A DNA stretch of 64,000 bases from Rubripirellula sp. (GTDB taxonomy: Bacteria > Planctomycetota > Planctomycetia > Pirellulales > Pirellulaceae): contig OZ244207.1 of assembly GCA_965216875.1 (NCBI GenBank), forward strand, positions 5,344,001 through 5,408,000, read 5' to 3'. Below, piece after piece: positions 10,357 through 20,177 of this stretch. Every line of letters starts with the position of its first letter. Within the stretch, counting starts at the first letter, position 1. The notes under the pieces are model-generated. The model was not told where the DNA came from. It saw only the letters and a list, made by a program, of their open reading frames with translations, and did not search any database. The translations under genes were made by a program, and so were the position numbers.

Positions 10357-10863
10357 GACGTTGAAAGTGTCTGTGGAACGATGCAAAAGGTCCGGTACTG
10401 TCCCAATCACCGTCCACCGCAGACGCCCCTCACCGCAGATGAAACTTTTTCGAAATCGTGCGAGAAACAACGAATTCGAAATCCAGAAATCGCAAACAGA
10501 TCATCCGCGATGATTATGCTTCAGAACCTTTGCAAACACCAAACCGGGTGTATACATGCGGTCAGTTGGACAGGCGCCTCGGGGGTCTCGGACTTTCACT
10601 GGATTCATGCCTGATTGTCCCAAGGTTTCCCATTCGTCGACTCCTGGTCGATTCCAGAACGCGCCAACCGATTATTGACCGGAATTGGCTGGTTCGCGTT
10701 GCTACTTCATCGAAAAGATCACCTGGACCCTGTCCATCCATCCATTGCGTGGTGAATCCCATTAGATTTGGGGATCTCAAAGCCAAACTCATTGCTCGCA
10801 GAGTTTGCCTTTGGAATTCGCAACAGCTCGACAGAGCTTCCTGAGTTTGCCTCAAGAGCCCCC

Positions 10864-11370
10864 ATGAAAATCGAAGTTCAATGTCAAGGATGTCAGAAGA
10901 GCTACACCGTCAGCGAAACACATGCTGGCAAACAAATTGCATGTCCCGAGTGCAGCTCAACCATCCATATACCCGCAGCGTCGGATGAGACTCCCCGTGC
11001 TGGGCTGGACTGGAATGCGATCGATGAAGAACTCGCCTATCAGCAACCAAACAGCTCGACGTCAGATCGTCCACAGCATCAACAAGTGTCGTCGCCCAAA
11101 GGGTCAACCTCGCTGGCGTTGATACTCTGTGTGATCGCGGGCATGTTTGTCTTGGTTGCGATGATTGGTGTGGGCGTCGTTCTCTTACTCATGCGTGCCG
11201 AAACCTCCACCGCCTCCAATGCGCCCAGTCCAATAATCGATCCGTCGGTCGCCACAAGCATCGATCCTAGCGTCAAAGAAGAGTCGACGCCGAGCCCAGA
11301 AGCTCCTGAGTTGGAACACAAAACTCAACCGAAAGTCGAACCTCCACGTGCCGTCGAACGCGCCGATTGA
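10864..11370 (+). CDS. Zinc-ribbon, single-TM protein; probably the 5' half of a frameshifted DUF1559 gene
   Basis: MKIEVQCQGC...CPEC, a hydrophobic TM segment, then a Pro/Ser linker that ends abruptly while overlapping the next ORF. Confidence 0.65.
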   Translation: MKIEVQCQGCQKSYTVSETHAGKQIACPECSSTIHIPAASDETPRAGLDWNAIDEELAYQQPNSSTSDRPQHQQVSSPKGSTSLALILCVIAGMFVLVAMIGVGVVLLLMRAETSTASNAPSPIIDPSVATSIDPSVKEESTPSPEAPELEHKTQPKVEPPRAVERAD

Positions 11371-12799
11371 TGCAACAAGCCTCTTTGCATTGTCGCGTCA
11401 AACACCACTTGAACTGGTTGTAAATAACGACGGGTTGCTGCCCGAAGTGCCAGCGCCCCTGCAGGCTCCTTCAGACCACCTTGTCGACACCTATTACATT
11501 CGACTCTATCAAGCGGAGACGCTGCTTGCCAAAGTCGCGAAGGCGATCAGTGATCATCACAAGAAGACCAAGAAAGCGTTAGACGTTCGGGACGCGGACC
11601 ATCGATCGGATCTGAAGTTGAGCTGGCGCGTCCACATCTTGCCTGAACTTGGCTACCAAGCGTTGTACGACAGGTTTGACCTGAGCCAGCCATGGGATAG
11701 TGAAGCGAATTTGCCGTTGCTTGATGAAATGCCCAAGGAATACCAAATTCCCGGCGACATCGTTTCGACAAACACGCGGATCAGTTTTTTCACCAACCAA
11801 CGTGCCAACTTTGTTGGAGACGGTTCTGAACCCAGACGCGGATGGCTCGACGATCTGCGCACGATCCTGCTAGGAGGTGTTGTTGGTCACGACAAGGCTG
11901 TGCCGTGGACTCAGCCGGTGGACACCTCGGTCGAACTTGACAACATCGCCGATTCACTCGGCGATGTTGGTCCAGACCTAACGCTGTTTTTTTACTCGGG
12001 AACACTCCTCCGCGTACCGGCATCGATCCCCAACACATTTCTTAGCGCAGCGTTGACGGTTGATGGTGACGAATACTTTGATGTTGCGGCAACGGCGCGA
12101 TGGGCGGCGCAATACTACCAGTTGCCGTACATGTCCGAGCCACTCGGGGTGAACAAGGCGGCGTTCACGATGTCGCATGCAATGTTCACATTGCGTAGCA
12201 ATTGGCGAAGCGACAAAACCTACCCCCAATCCTCAAACGTCTCGCCGCAACCTCGCAGATCCGCGGGTGGGACCGGTGGTGATATCGAGCCGTCAAAACG
12301 CCTTGGCTGGAGAGTGCATTTACTGTCGGACATGGACTACCGATCGCTGCAGCGAAAATTCCGGTTCAACGAACCTTGGGACAGCCCTCATAATTTGAAG
12401 ATGGCAAAGTTCATGCCCGATGTTTATCGAGACCCAAGCGATTCGTTCGACTCAGTCAAGACTCGGATCGCCATAATCCAATCGCCCTATGGGATTGGTG
12501 ATGGTGAAACGGCGAAAATCAATGCGTTCAAGATGAGCGATGACCCCGCCAGCACCATCATGCTCATTCACGCTCCGGTCGATAAAGCGATACTCTGGAC
12601 GCGCCCCGACTTCCTCGAAATCGATCCGGCAGACCCGCTTGCGGCGATCACCCCCATTCCCAAAACCGGATTACTGACCCTATTTGGTGATGGACGCGCC
12701 AGGTTGTTGAAGACAGACATCACCGCCAAGGCATTTCTCGAATTTGCATCGATCGCTGGCGGCGAGTCCATCAACGCCGATGACTGGGCACAGCAATAA
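11348..12799 (+). CDS. DUF1559-like domain protein with two copies of the domain
   Basis: Two copies of LSWRVHILP/LGWRVHLL...F(D/R)xx(Q/E)PWDSxxN...MP...(VP/IL)WTxP; second copy ends LFGDG; no signal peptide of its own. Confidence 0.75.
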   Translation: MPSNAPIDATSLFALSRQTPLELVVNNDGLLPEVPAPLQAPSDHLVDTYYIRLYQAETLLAKVAKAISDHHKKTKKALDVRDADHRSDLKLSWRVHILPELGYQALYDRFDLSQPWDSEANLPLLDEMPKEYQIPGDIVSTNTRISFFTNQRANFVGDGSEPRRGWLDDLRTILLGGVVGHDKAVPWTQPVDTSVELDNIADSLGDVGPDLTLFFYSGTLLRVPASIPNTFLSAALTVDGDEYFDVAATARWAAQYYQLPYMSEPLGVNKAAFTMSHAMFTLRSNWRSDKTYPQSSNVSPQPRRSAGGTGGDIEPSKRLGWRVHLLSDMDYRSLQRKFRFNEPWDSPHNLKMAKFMPDVYRDPSDSFDSVKTRIAIIQSPYGIGDGETAKINAFKMSDDPASTIMLIHAPVDKAILWTRPDFLEIDPADPLAAITPIPKTGLLTLFGDGRARLLKTDITAKAFLEFASIAGGESINADDWAQQ

Positions 12800-12958
12800 C
12801 ATGGGCAGACCCATGGACTGCAAAACTGTTTCAAACGGACATCGCCGTTGCGTTTGACTTGGGAATTCTTCATCGTTGGCTGAACCAGCCAGCGCTCCTT
12901 CGTCTCTCATAGCTAACACAACAGAGAGAAGAGTCCAAAAATAGAAGAGTCGTCCATC

Positions 12959-14443
12959 ATGAATTCTCAAATCGTTGCGACAGGCGACGCCACCGCTATC
13001 CTTCCAGCTGGCGATCGGCATAGCCCGGTAAAAGTGTTCGGCAACGAAGCCATTCGCCAAACGTTCGATGACCTGTGCCTGCAACAGGCCATCAATTCTC
13101 GTTGCGCACCCGGCGTGACCGAAGTGGTTCTCAATCCCGATGCCCACTGCGGATACGGTGCGCCCATCGGTTGTGTCCTTAGCTCGCCAACGCACATCTA
13201 CCCAGGTCCGGTCGGATTCGACATCAAGTGTTCGATGAGTCTGCTGCAAACGGACTTGCCCGAGGACGCCGTCGCAGACAAGAAAGTTCGCCGTGAATTG
13301 ATTCACGCGATCGGTCGCCGCATTCCGACCGGAGCAGGGAAGGGCTCGCGCCATGTTCCCGACGGGCGTCGCGTCGATGAAAAGATTGGCCGTGAAGCGA
13401 TGATCCAGGGTGCCTCGAAGGAAGTGCTCCAATCGCTTGATGTTCCCGCCGAGTGGGCTGATCGTTGCGAAGACGCCTACCACGTCGGGCACGACGATAC
13501 GTCCGATGCGCTTGCCAACCGAATCGATCACCTCCGCGGTACCAAGCAGTTTTCAGGTTTCCGGGCCAAGGCCCAGCAACTTGGCTCCTACGGTGGCGGC
13601 AACCATTTTGGCGAATGTGAAGTCGTTGAAATCGACCAGGACGAAGAGAGTCAGAAGACCGCCGACGTGTTTGGTTTGCTTGATCGCAAGGTCGCATTCC
13701 TGTCGCACTGCGGGTCTCGTGGAGTGGGGCATCGCCTTGCCAGTGGTCAATTCAAAGCACTCGAATCGAAGTTCGATGCTTGGCACCTTCCTTACCCTGG
13801 TGGTGACAAGCAATTGGTCTATGCGCCGCTTGGTTCGTCCGAGGCAAATGACTATCTGGACGACATGGCGCTCGGAGCCAACTTTGCAACCGTCAATCAC
13901 ATGTTGATCAACGCGCTGGTGTTGGAAGCTTTCCAAGAAGTGATTCCGGGGACTTCGGGATCATTGGTCTACTTCATCAGCCACAACATTGCGCGAAAGG
14001 AAATCATCGACAATCGGCCAACGTGGGTGCACCGAAAGGGTGCGACGCGTGCGTTTCCCGCCGGACACCACGGACTGCGCGATACGCCCTTTGCCGACAC
14101 AGGTCATCCGATCTTGTTGCCCGGCAATCCGCAAGCCGGTTCCAGTGTGATGGTCGCGATGCCGGGAGCCAAGGAAAGCTGCTTCAGCGTCAACCACGGC
14201 GCCGGTCGAATGCTCGGTCGCAAGCGTGCGATCCGAGAACTTGATCAAAAGCAGATCGACGATTCGTTTGATGCGGCCGATATTCTGACCAACTGCCGTC
14301 AGTACCCGCGCGACGAAGCCCCCGCGGCGTACAAAGACTTTGACCAAGTCCTGGGTAGCGTCGAAACCGCGGGACTGGCCAAGGAAGTCGCCCGATTGCG
14401 AGCGCGGTTTGTGATCAAGGATGCCGGACCGGCAGACGATTAG
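12959..14443 (+). CDS. rtcB: RtcB family RNA ligase
   Basis: PDAHxGYGAPIG, VGFDIKC, GGGNHF, HCGSRG, HN, HRKGAT, HGAGR, DEAPAAYKD. Confidence 0.93.
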   Translation: MNSQIVATGDATAILPAGDRHSPVKVFGNEAIRQTFDDLCLQQAINSRCAPGVTEVVLNPDAHCGYGAPIGCVLSSPTHIYPGPVGFDIKCSMSLLQTDLPEDAVADKKVRRELIHAIGRRIPTGAGKGSRHVPDGRRVDEKIGREAMIQGASKEVLQSLDVPAEWADRCEDAYHVGHDDTSDALANRIDHLRGTKQFSGFRAKAQQLGSYGGGNHFGECEVVEIDQDEESQKTADVFGLLDRKVAFLSHCGSRGVGHRLASGQFKALESKFDAWHLPYPGGDKQLVYAPLGSSEANDYLDDMALGANFATVNHMLINALVLEAFQEVIPGTSGSLVYFISHNIARKEIIDNRPTWVHRKGATRAFPAGHHGLRDTPFADTGHPILLPGNPQAGSSVMVAMPGAKESCFSVNHGAGRMLGRKRAIRELDQKQIDDSFDAADILTNCRQYPRDEAPAAYKDFDQVLGSVETAGLAKEVARLRARFVIKDAGPADD

Positions 14444-14450
14444 TGTGTGA

Positions 14451-14519
14451 GGGAGGGCGAGGCTCCTGCGGAGTTGGCTGCGCCGGCTCGGCTTAACTCG
14501 GCGGGAGCCTCGCCCTCCC
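14451..14519. repeat. REP-like inverted doublet (family C)
   Basis: GGGAGGGCGAGGCTCCTGCGGAG (14451-14473) and its inverse CTCGGCGGGAGCCTCGCCCTCCC (14497-14519), between convergent genes; another copy at 23417. Confidence 0.8.
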
Positions 14520-14533
14520 GACCACCAGCTGAC

Positions 14534-15388
14534 CTACTGGTCTTGCTCATCGAGCTGGCCGCGTTTCATGAGCGGTTCGTTGCCTTGGCCGCCGTCACTT
14601 CGCAGATTGGGAATCTCAATTCTCACTGACCGCTCGCCATCTTCCACGCTGAGGACGCCGCCGCGGATTTCGACTCTCCCGTCACCTTCGACTTTGATCC
14701 CGCCGGGGCGAATGATGACTTGCCGGTCGCCGTCTTGCACCGTCAACCCGCCGCCATCGCCAATTTCGGTCGGTATGGCTCGTTCGACCATCTCGTCCAG
14801 GACAACGGAACGCTCTTCGCGACCGCGCCGTTGACGTTGATTCTGGAAATCAGCCATGCTGGACGTGATGTCGTCGCCGGTGTGGAACTGGCCATCAGGA
14901 CCGGCACTGCGCAAAACGTAGCGTTCCTTTTCTTCAACCGCGTAAAGGATCGAATTGCCCCAACTGTCATCGATGTCATCGACGATCTCGTTGCCGGTCA
15001 CTGCGTCAGGTATACGTCCATTCTCGGTGCGATATTGATCGATTCGATCCGCCCCCATCGATAGCGATGCTGTTGTTTCGGTGGTTTCAATGACCGTTTC
15101 AATCGTCTCCTTGGCAACGATGATGCCGGTCACCGTTGCATAACCGACAAACGCTATCCACGCCGATCCAATCAGCCCAAGGACGACTCCGAGCACAGCG
15201 GAACCGCGTGGCTCACGTGACAAACCAAACAGGCTGATCAAGAGACCAATCGGACTTAGGATCCCGCAGGTTAGCAGCCCGATGAGGGAGAGAATCATCC
15301 CGACAAAACCGGTCGTGTTGACAGGTGCTGGCCTGGAACCACCGGCGTAAGCGGGTGATTGGTTGAGCTGGTAGAAATCGTTACTCAA
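14534..15388 (-). CDS. Membrane protein with DUF4190-like TM hairpin and GspG-like C-terminal domain
   Basis: GMILSLIG...ILSPIGLLISLFGL TM pair; DSWGNSILY...LRSAGPDGQFHTGDDI motif of type II secretion pseudopilin G C-termini. Confidence 0.65.
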   Translation of the reverse strand: MSNDFYQLNQSPAYAGGSRPAPVNTTGFVGMILSLIGLLTCGILSPIGLLISLFGLSREPRGSAVLGVVLGLIGSAWIAFVGYATVTGIIVAKETIETVIETTETTASLSMGADRIDQYRTENGRIPDAVTGNEIVDDIDDSWGNSILYAVEEKERYVLRSAGPDGQFHTGDDITSSMADFQNQRQRRGREERSVVLDEMVERAIPTEIGDGGGLTVQDGDRQVIIRPGGIKVEGDGRVEIRGGVLSVEDGERSVRIEIPNLRSDGGQGNEPLMKRGQLDEQDQ

Positions 15389-15591
15389 CGGTCACCCCTT
15401 TGAAAACGAGCACGAATGGGATTGGAGATGGACGCCACTTGATTCGTTGCATTGGACAATCCCTTGGCAACCGAATTCTGATTTTACAAGAATATCGACG
15501 GTCAGTCGATTTCGCGCGGCGCTGATGAATCGGGACGCGCTGCCCTAATGCTGGCTTGTTGACGGGACATCACATCCTAGGATCCAACCTC

Positions 15592-16812
15592 ATGACGATC
15601 AGATTCTCGGACTTGTGCGCCACAGAATTCAAGCGTCATCCGCATCCCAATTTGCTGCAGTGGCTCAACGAGGGGCCACTCATCGAGTCCAAGATTCCCC
15701 TGCTTGGCAAATACAAGCTGGCGACAACTTACGCAGCGTGTGATGCCGTGTTGCGTGACCGCCGGCGATTTGTGATGGAGGCAGCGAACGCGGGTCGCAA
15801 AAAGCGACACGACTTTCAGAACTATTTGCCGCCTTCGCTCCGGATCCTGATCCAAAACATGATCCGCAAAGACGAACCGGATCATCGAAGACTGCGCAGC
15901 CTTGCTGATCAAGCTTTCCGAAACAAAAACGTCGCGTCGATGCGTTCGGGAATCGAACGTGTCACAAACCAATTGCTCGATGAATGCGATCCGCGCCAAA
16001 CGTTTGATTTGGTAGGTCAGTTCGCGAGAGAACTGCCGCTGCTGGTCATCTGCGAACTCTTGGGTTTGCCCTTGAAAGACCGCAAACGCTTCTCGACTTG
16101 GGTTTCCGCGTTGACACACGCTTCGTTTCCATGGGGCATGCTCAAAGTCCTTCCCGGAATCAAGAAGTTGATGCGTTATTTGCGTCAGCGAATTGAAATC
16201 GAGCGCGACCAACCGACTGGCGGTTTGATCAGCGAACTGGTTGCGGCCGAATCCGAGGGAGATCGCCTGAGCGAAAACGAACTCCTTAGCATGGTATTTT
16301 TGCTGTTGGTCGCCGGACACGAAACAACAACACACTTGATCTCGCTCTCATCGATCGCGCTGATGCAACGCGAAGACCTTCGGCAAACGTGGCTCGATGA
16401 GGAACAACTGCGTCCCAGTGCCGTGGACGAACTGTTGCGTTACCTCAGTCCTGTCCAAATGTCGAAACCTCGGTATGTTGCCGAAGACACCTCAATCGAA
16501 GGTGTTGTGCTCACACAAGGCGAAATGGTGATCGCATGCTTGGCCTCCGCAAATCTCGATCCCGCCAAATTCGAAAACCCGTTGACGATCGACTTTGCGC
16601 GCTCGCCGAACCCACAACTCGGTTTTGGCAGCGGGATTCACTTTTGCCTCGGTGCACAACTCGCGAGACTCGAAACCGAGGTGGCACTGACAGGACTGTT
16701 CGAGCGGTGGCCTGACCTTCAACTTGCTGAAGAAGAATCGAAGCTAAGGTGGTCCAAGAAGATTGGCATGCGAGTCGTTTCGCCGTTACCCGTTTGTCGA
16801 ACGGAGCTCTAG
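15592..16812 (+). CDS. Cytochrome P450
   Basis: I-helix AGHETT, ExxR (ELLR), heme motif FGSGIHFCLG. Confidence 0.95.
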   Translation: MTIRFSDLCATEFKRHPHPNLLQWLNEGPLIESKIPLLGKYKLATTYAACDAVLRDRRRFVMEAANAGRKKRHDFQNYLPPSLRILIQNMIRKDEPDHRRLRSLADQAFRNKNVASMRSGIERVTNQLLDECDPRQTFDLVGQFARELPLLVICELLGLPLKDRKRFSTWVSALTHASFPWGMLKVLPGIKKLMRYLRQRIEIERDQPTGGLISELVAAESEGDRLSENELLSMVFLLLVAGHETTTHLISLSSIALMQREDLRQTWLDEEQLRPSAVDELLRYLSPVQMSKPRYVAEDTSIEGVVLTQGEMVIACLASANLDPAKFENPLTIDFARSPNPQLGFGSGIHFCLGAQLARLETEVALTGLFERWPDLQLAEEESKLRWSKKIGMRVVSPLPVCRTEL

Positions 16813-16845
16813 CCGGAATGCTCCTACCGAAAGTCGGGGCACTAC
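16792..16845. repeat. Degenerate REP-like doublet (family B) overlapping both convergent stop codons
   Basis: GTTTGTCGAACGGAGCTCTAGCCGGAAT matches GTTCGTAGTACCGAGCTTTAGCCGGAAT (44560) at 23/28 by eye; distal arm ends in CACTAC. Confidence 0.55.
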
Positions 16846-18170
16846 TTGAATTCGGAGATTGCGATTTGCTTTAGCAATGCATCCGTTCCCGGATCGTGGC
16901 CTTGGATCATGATCGTCCCTGGTTCCAACCTCAAACCACGACGTGGGTTTTCGTTGGGTTTGCGATCGTCTGTCCAATCGCTGACCTGCACTCCGTTGAC
17001 CCATGCGGCAATTTGCGGTCCGTGGGCAACCAACACAACGGTCGCCCATTCATTTTCGTCACCAGCAACGAACCTCGCTTCTTGCCGCTTGAAAATCCCA
17101 CCCGTGCCGTGGTCTTTCGGTTGCATTCGATCGCCATCGATCGTTTCGTTGCTCAGCTGACATTCATAGCCCATCATCTCATCGCCTGGGATGCAGCGAA
17201 AGAAAATGCCAGAGTTCATGTCGAGCTTGGGAAGCTTGTACTGGCTCAGCAGAACGAAATCGCCATAGGATTGTTTCGTTTCGATTTGGGCGCGACCCCC
17301 TTTGACGTGCATCCAACCTTCGTCGGTCGCGGTGAACTCGCCAGGCATCTCGGGATACTTGGTCCACTTCGACAGCTCTTCATCCAAGAGCGACTGCAAC
17401 CCGAGGGGCCGCAAACGTATGTCCTTAAATTCGACGCGTCCGCTGTTGTGCTGCAAACCAATCCGCCCCGCTGGCAGGTCGACCGAATCGGTGTAGTCAC
17501 AAACCAATTCGCCATCGACTGACACTTGCAAGTGATTGCCTTCAAGTCGCATCGTCATTTCGCGCCATTGATCAAACGCTTGTGGCTCTGTCGATTCCGC
17601 TTTCTTGCGTTGAACAATACCGGCCGTCGGAAAAGGATTGTCGTCCGGCGCGATGTTGACTTCGTAGCAATCGAGTTTGGGACTCTCCGGTTTCATTGGC
17701 GTCCGCAAGAAGATGCCACTGTTGGTTTTGGGGCCTGCTTTGAACAGAAGCTTTAATTCGTAGTCTTGCCAAGGCATCGACGTACACAGCAGGCACCGTT
17801 GGCCGCCATCAACAACGATCGCCCCTTCTTCGACGCGAAAATTCGCTTCTCCGGCAATTTCCCATCCATACAACGTGTGCCCATCAAACAATCGGATCCA
17901 ACCCTGCGAAGCCTCGGATTCGTCAAGCCGCGCTGCGGTCAGCTCTTCTACTGAAAACTCGTAGGCCTTTGGCTCGATCGGTTCGACTTGCTTGGAATCC
18001 GACGATTTGGCCTCTTGGGTAAGAGCGTCTGTCGCAACCTCTTTAACCTCGCTGTTGCTCGCTTCCGAGTCCGACTCTTTGGAACAACCACCAAGGCAGA
18101 GCAGGGCACTGGCAACACAAACCGCGAGAAACAGACGGAGAGATCGACGCAGAGTCGTGTGCGTTGTCAT
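16842..18170 (-). CDS. Lipoprotein with two DUF1080 (3-keto-disaccharide hydrolase-like) domains
   Basis: Lipobox LGGC; GWIRLFDGHTLYGW; NSGIF twice; IGLQH and IMIQGHD. Confidence 0.85.
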   Translation of the reverse strand: MTTHTTLRRSLRLFLAVCVASALLCLGGCSKESDSEASNSEVKEVATDALTQEAKSSDSKQVEPIEPKAYEFSVEELTAARLDESEASQGWIRLFDGHTLYGWEIAGEANFRVEEGAIVVDGGQRCLLCTSMPWQDYELKLLFKAGPKTNSGIFLRTPMKPESPKLDCYEVNIAPDDNPFPTAGIVQRKKAESTEPQAFDQWREMTMRLEGNHLQVSVDGELVCDYTDSVDLPAGRIGLQHNSGRVEFKDIRLRPLGLQSLLDEELSKWTKYPEMPGEFTATDEGWMHVKGGRAQIETKQSYGDFVLLSQYKLPKLDMNSGIFFRCIPGDEMMGYECQLSNETIDGDRMQPKDHGTGGIFKRQEARFVAGDENEWATVVLVAHGPQIAAWVNGVQVSDWTDDRKPNENPRRGLRLEPGTIMIQGHDPGTDALLKQIAISEFK

Positions 18171-19468
18171 GATTGGTCGTATCCATAACGTTGGAAGTAC
18201 TCGGCCCACGCTTGCCGAATCCTGGCTTCGGTTTCGGGCTCCAAGTGATGTTGGTTGGTTTTGTAACCCTTGTGTTCGGTCTCTGCCCACTTCTGCAACG
18301 TCTCCTCGACCGCTCCGAAATCGCTCAAGTGCAACGTTTCGTAGATCGTCTTCATCGTTTGGACAGGGTCAGCCGTCAGATCCTCGTAGCGCACTTCGAT
18401 AATACGATGCGCCGGAATCTCGTCACGATGCGCGTGAAACGAGCGATACATGCGTTCAAAACAATCGATAACGTAATCTTCGATGTTGTCGCCGCTGGGC
18501 TTCTGTAAAGCTTGGACATCGTCGAGCGAATGCCACAGTCGACACGTCGATGGAAACAGTGAACGTGGATCGCGAGTGATGTGAATGAACTTGGCTTCAG
18601 GGAACTCTTTCGCCAACTGCGCGATGCGTCCGGTATGCGTTGGACTTTTGACAACAAGAGGACGTCCAGTGCGCACGCTGACCGAAATCAAAAAGGCCCG
18701 CAGCGTTTCAAGCCAAGAGGCGATCGCTTCGTCGTCGACACCATCGAAATCCAGATAGTTCGAATCGATCGGCGGCTCGTTAGGAAACGCGATTCGCCGA
18801 TAAGGCGACGGCATGCCAAGGGTAAGCAATGCGAATTCGTCTTCTTGCGGACGATCCCAACCCGCAGCCATGTTGTCCATCGGGCGCTTGCCCGGAAGCA
18901 ACCAGGAGAAGAACTTTCGAAAGAACCACTCCGAAATCAAAAAGTGGTTGGGCGCAAAGCACTGAAACGTCGACGGACTGCTTAGCCGCTCGTCACGAAC
19001 CATCAATTCGTGCAGGAGTGTGGTGCCGCTGCGCCAATGACCAACGATGAAGACCGGAGGCCCTGGAAAGTCCGCCTCGGCAAGTTTGCGGCGAAAGAAC
19101 AGCTTTTGAATCGCCCCCAGGATCGTGTTGACTGGCGTGGCTATCGTCACGCCAATCAAAATCCCAATTCGGGTGGGGTGGATTCGAAACCTTCCCTGCT
19201 GCAGCAGCCGGAACCAGACCATCGCTCGCATCCCGTGCCAAAACCGGGGCGAGTAGAAGGGATAGCGGTGGAAATCCTTTTTCGGCTTGGGGCCCGCAGA
19301 CTCGCCGGTCGTCACTTTTTCCGCAGATTCCTGCGGGGCGGGCGTCGCCCCCTGAGTCGGCTGTCGGGAAGAATCCGAGCCCTTTCCTGCGGCAGCATTG
19401 CCAGGCATCGTCGCATCATCGGCCCGAGCAGAGGCGTCTCCGGTGGGCTGGGCAGGAGAATCGGACAA
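18167..19468 (-). CDS. Sulfotransferase family protein (start codon uncertain)
   Basis: 5'-PSB loop FIVGHWRSGTTLLH; RPMDN, PQEDE, KSPTHT, HITRDP...S, RYEDL. Confidence 0.9.
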   Translation of the reverse strand: MSDSPAQPTGDASARADDATMPGNAAAGKGSDSSRQPTQGATPAPQESAEKVTTGESAGPKPKKDFHRYPFYSPRFWHGMRAMVWFRLLQQGRFRIHPTRIGILIGVTIATPVNTILGAIQKLFFRRKLAEADFPGPPVFIVGHWRSGTTLLHELMVRDERLSSPSTFQCFAPNHFLISEWFFRKFFSWLLPGKRPMDNMAAGWDRPQEDEFALLTLGMPSPYRRIAFPNEPPIDSNYLDFDGVDDEAIASWLETLRAFLISVSVRTGRPLVVKSPTHTGRIAQLAKEFPEAKFIHITRDPRSLFPSTCRLWHSLDDVQALQKPSGDNIEDYVIDCFERMYRSFHAHRDEIPAHRIIEVRYEDLTADPVQTMKTIYETLHLSDFGAVEETLQKWAETEHKGYKTNQHHLEPETEARIRQAWAEYFQRYGYDQS

Positions 19469-19821
19469 CGAATCGCGTCGGAATTGAAAGAAGATCGGAA
19501 CAAAAACGGTCCAAACACTGTAGTTCACATACGCAGCACCCAACAGCCGTGCGCGCAGTGGACCAGCTCAAGAGCGTCAATGATCGTCTCAAAAGCGAAG
19601 AAGGGTTGCTCCACGAGCGGTTGTTGTGAGTGACTTTCGCCCCCTGTCTTACCCCACCTGTCTACCTAGCCTGTGCAAATTGGGCCCACTGGCAGAATAG
19701 GCGATGGACCTCGTCGCGTTGCCAGCCGCTTTGGATACAATTCGTCCCACTCAGATTTCGCCAATTATCGATCGTCCATCGCGCCATTGATCCCGTCGCG
19801 CCATTGCCCCCGCCATTGACC

Positions 19822-20157
19822 ATGTCCGCACCCAACGACCGTTCCCAAATCGAAGAACTATCGTTTTCCGATTTGCAGCGTCACATCCGTCAGATGTACT
19901 ACGAAAAGGATGTCGCTCGTGGCGTGGACGGAACCTTCATGTGGTTGATGGAAGAAGTGGGTGAGTTGGCGGCTGCGTTGCGGGGGGATGACCGCGAAAA
20001 CCTTGCCGAGGAATTCGCCGACGTGATCGCGTGGCTGACCACCATCGCCAATGTGGCAGACATTGACTTGAATGCGGCACTGGTTGCCAAGTACGGACAT
20101 GGATGCCCTGGCTGCAGCCGGCTTGTCTGTGAATGCCCCAATGCCGAAAAACCGTGA
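19822..20157 (+). CDS. MazG-like nucleotide pyrophosphohydrolase
   Basis: WLMEEVGEL...LAEEFADV motif; C-terminal CPGC...CEC. Confidence 0.85.
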   Translation: MSAPNDRSQIEELSFSDLQRHIRQMYYEKDVARGVDGTFMWLMEEVGELAAALRGDDRENLAEEFADVIAWLTTIANVADIDLNAALVAKYGHGCPGCSRLVCECPNAEKP

Positions 20158-20177
20158 TCGAGGCTCGAGAATTCGGA

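Noticed and set aside
10562..10855. 97-aa ORF in the divergent spacer
   Set aside because: No recognisable motif or protein-like composition, so it cannot be supported.
12800..12958. tRNA-like RNA upstream of rtcB (GGACTGCAAA resembles a Cys anticodon loop)
   Set aside because: No anticodon stem, T-loop GTTCRA or acceptor stem can be formed.
15404..15420. Possible further ACGAAT-family repeat (ACGAGCACGAAT)
   Set aside because: Only one exact unit, wrong spacing, and no AACC leader.
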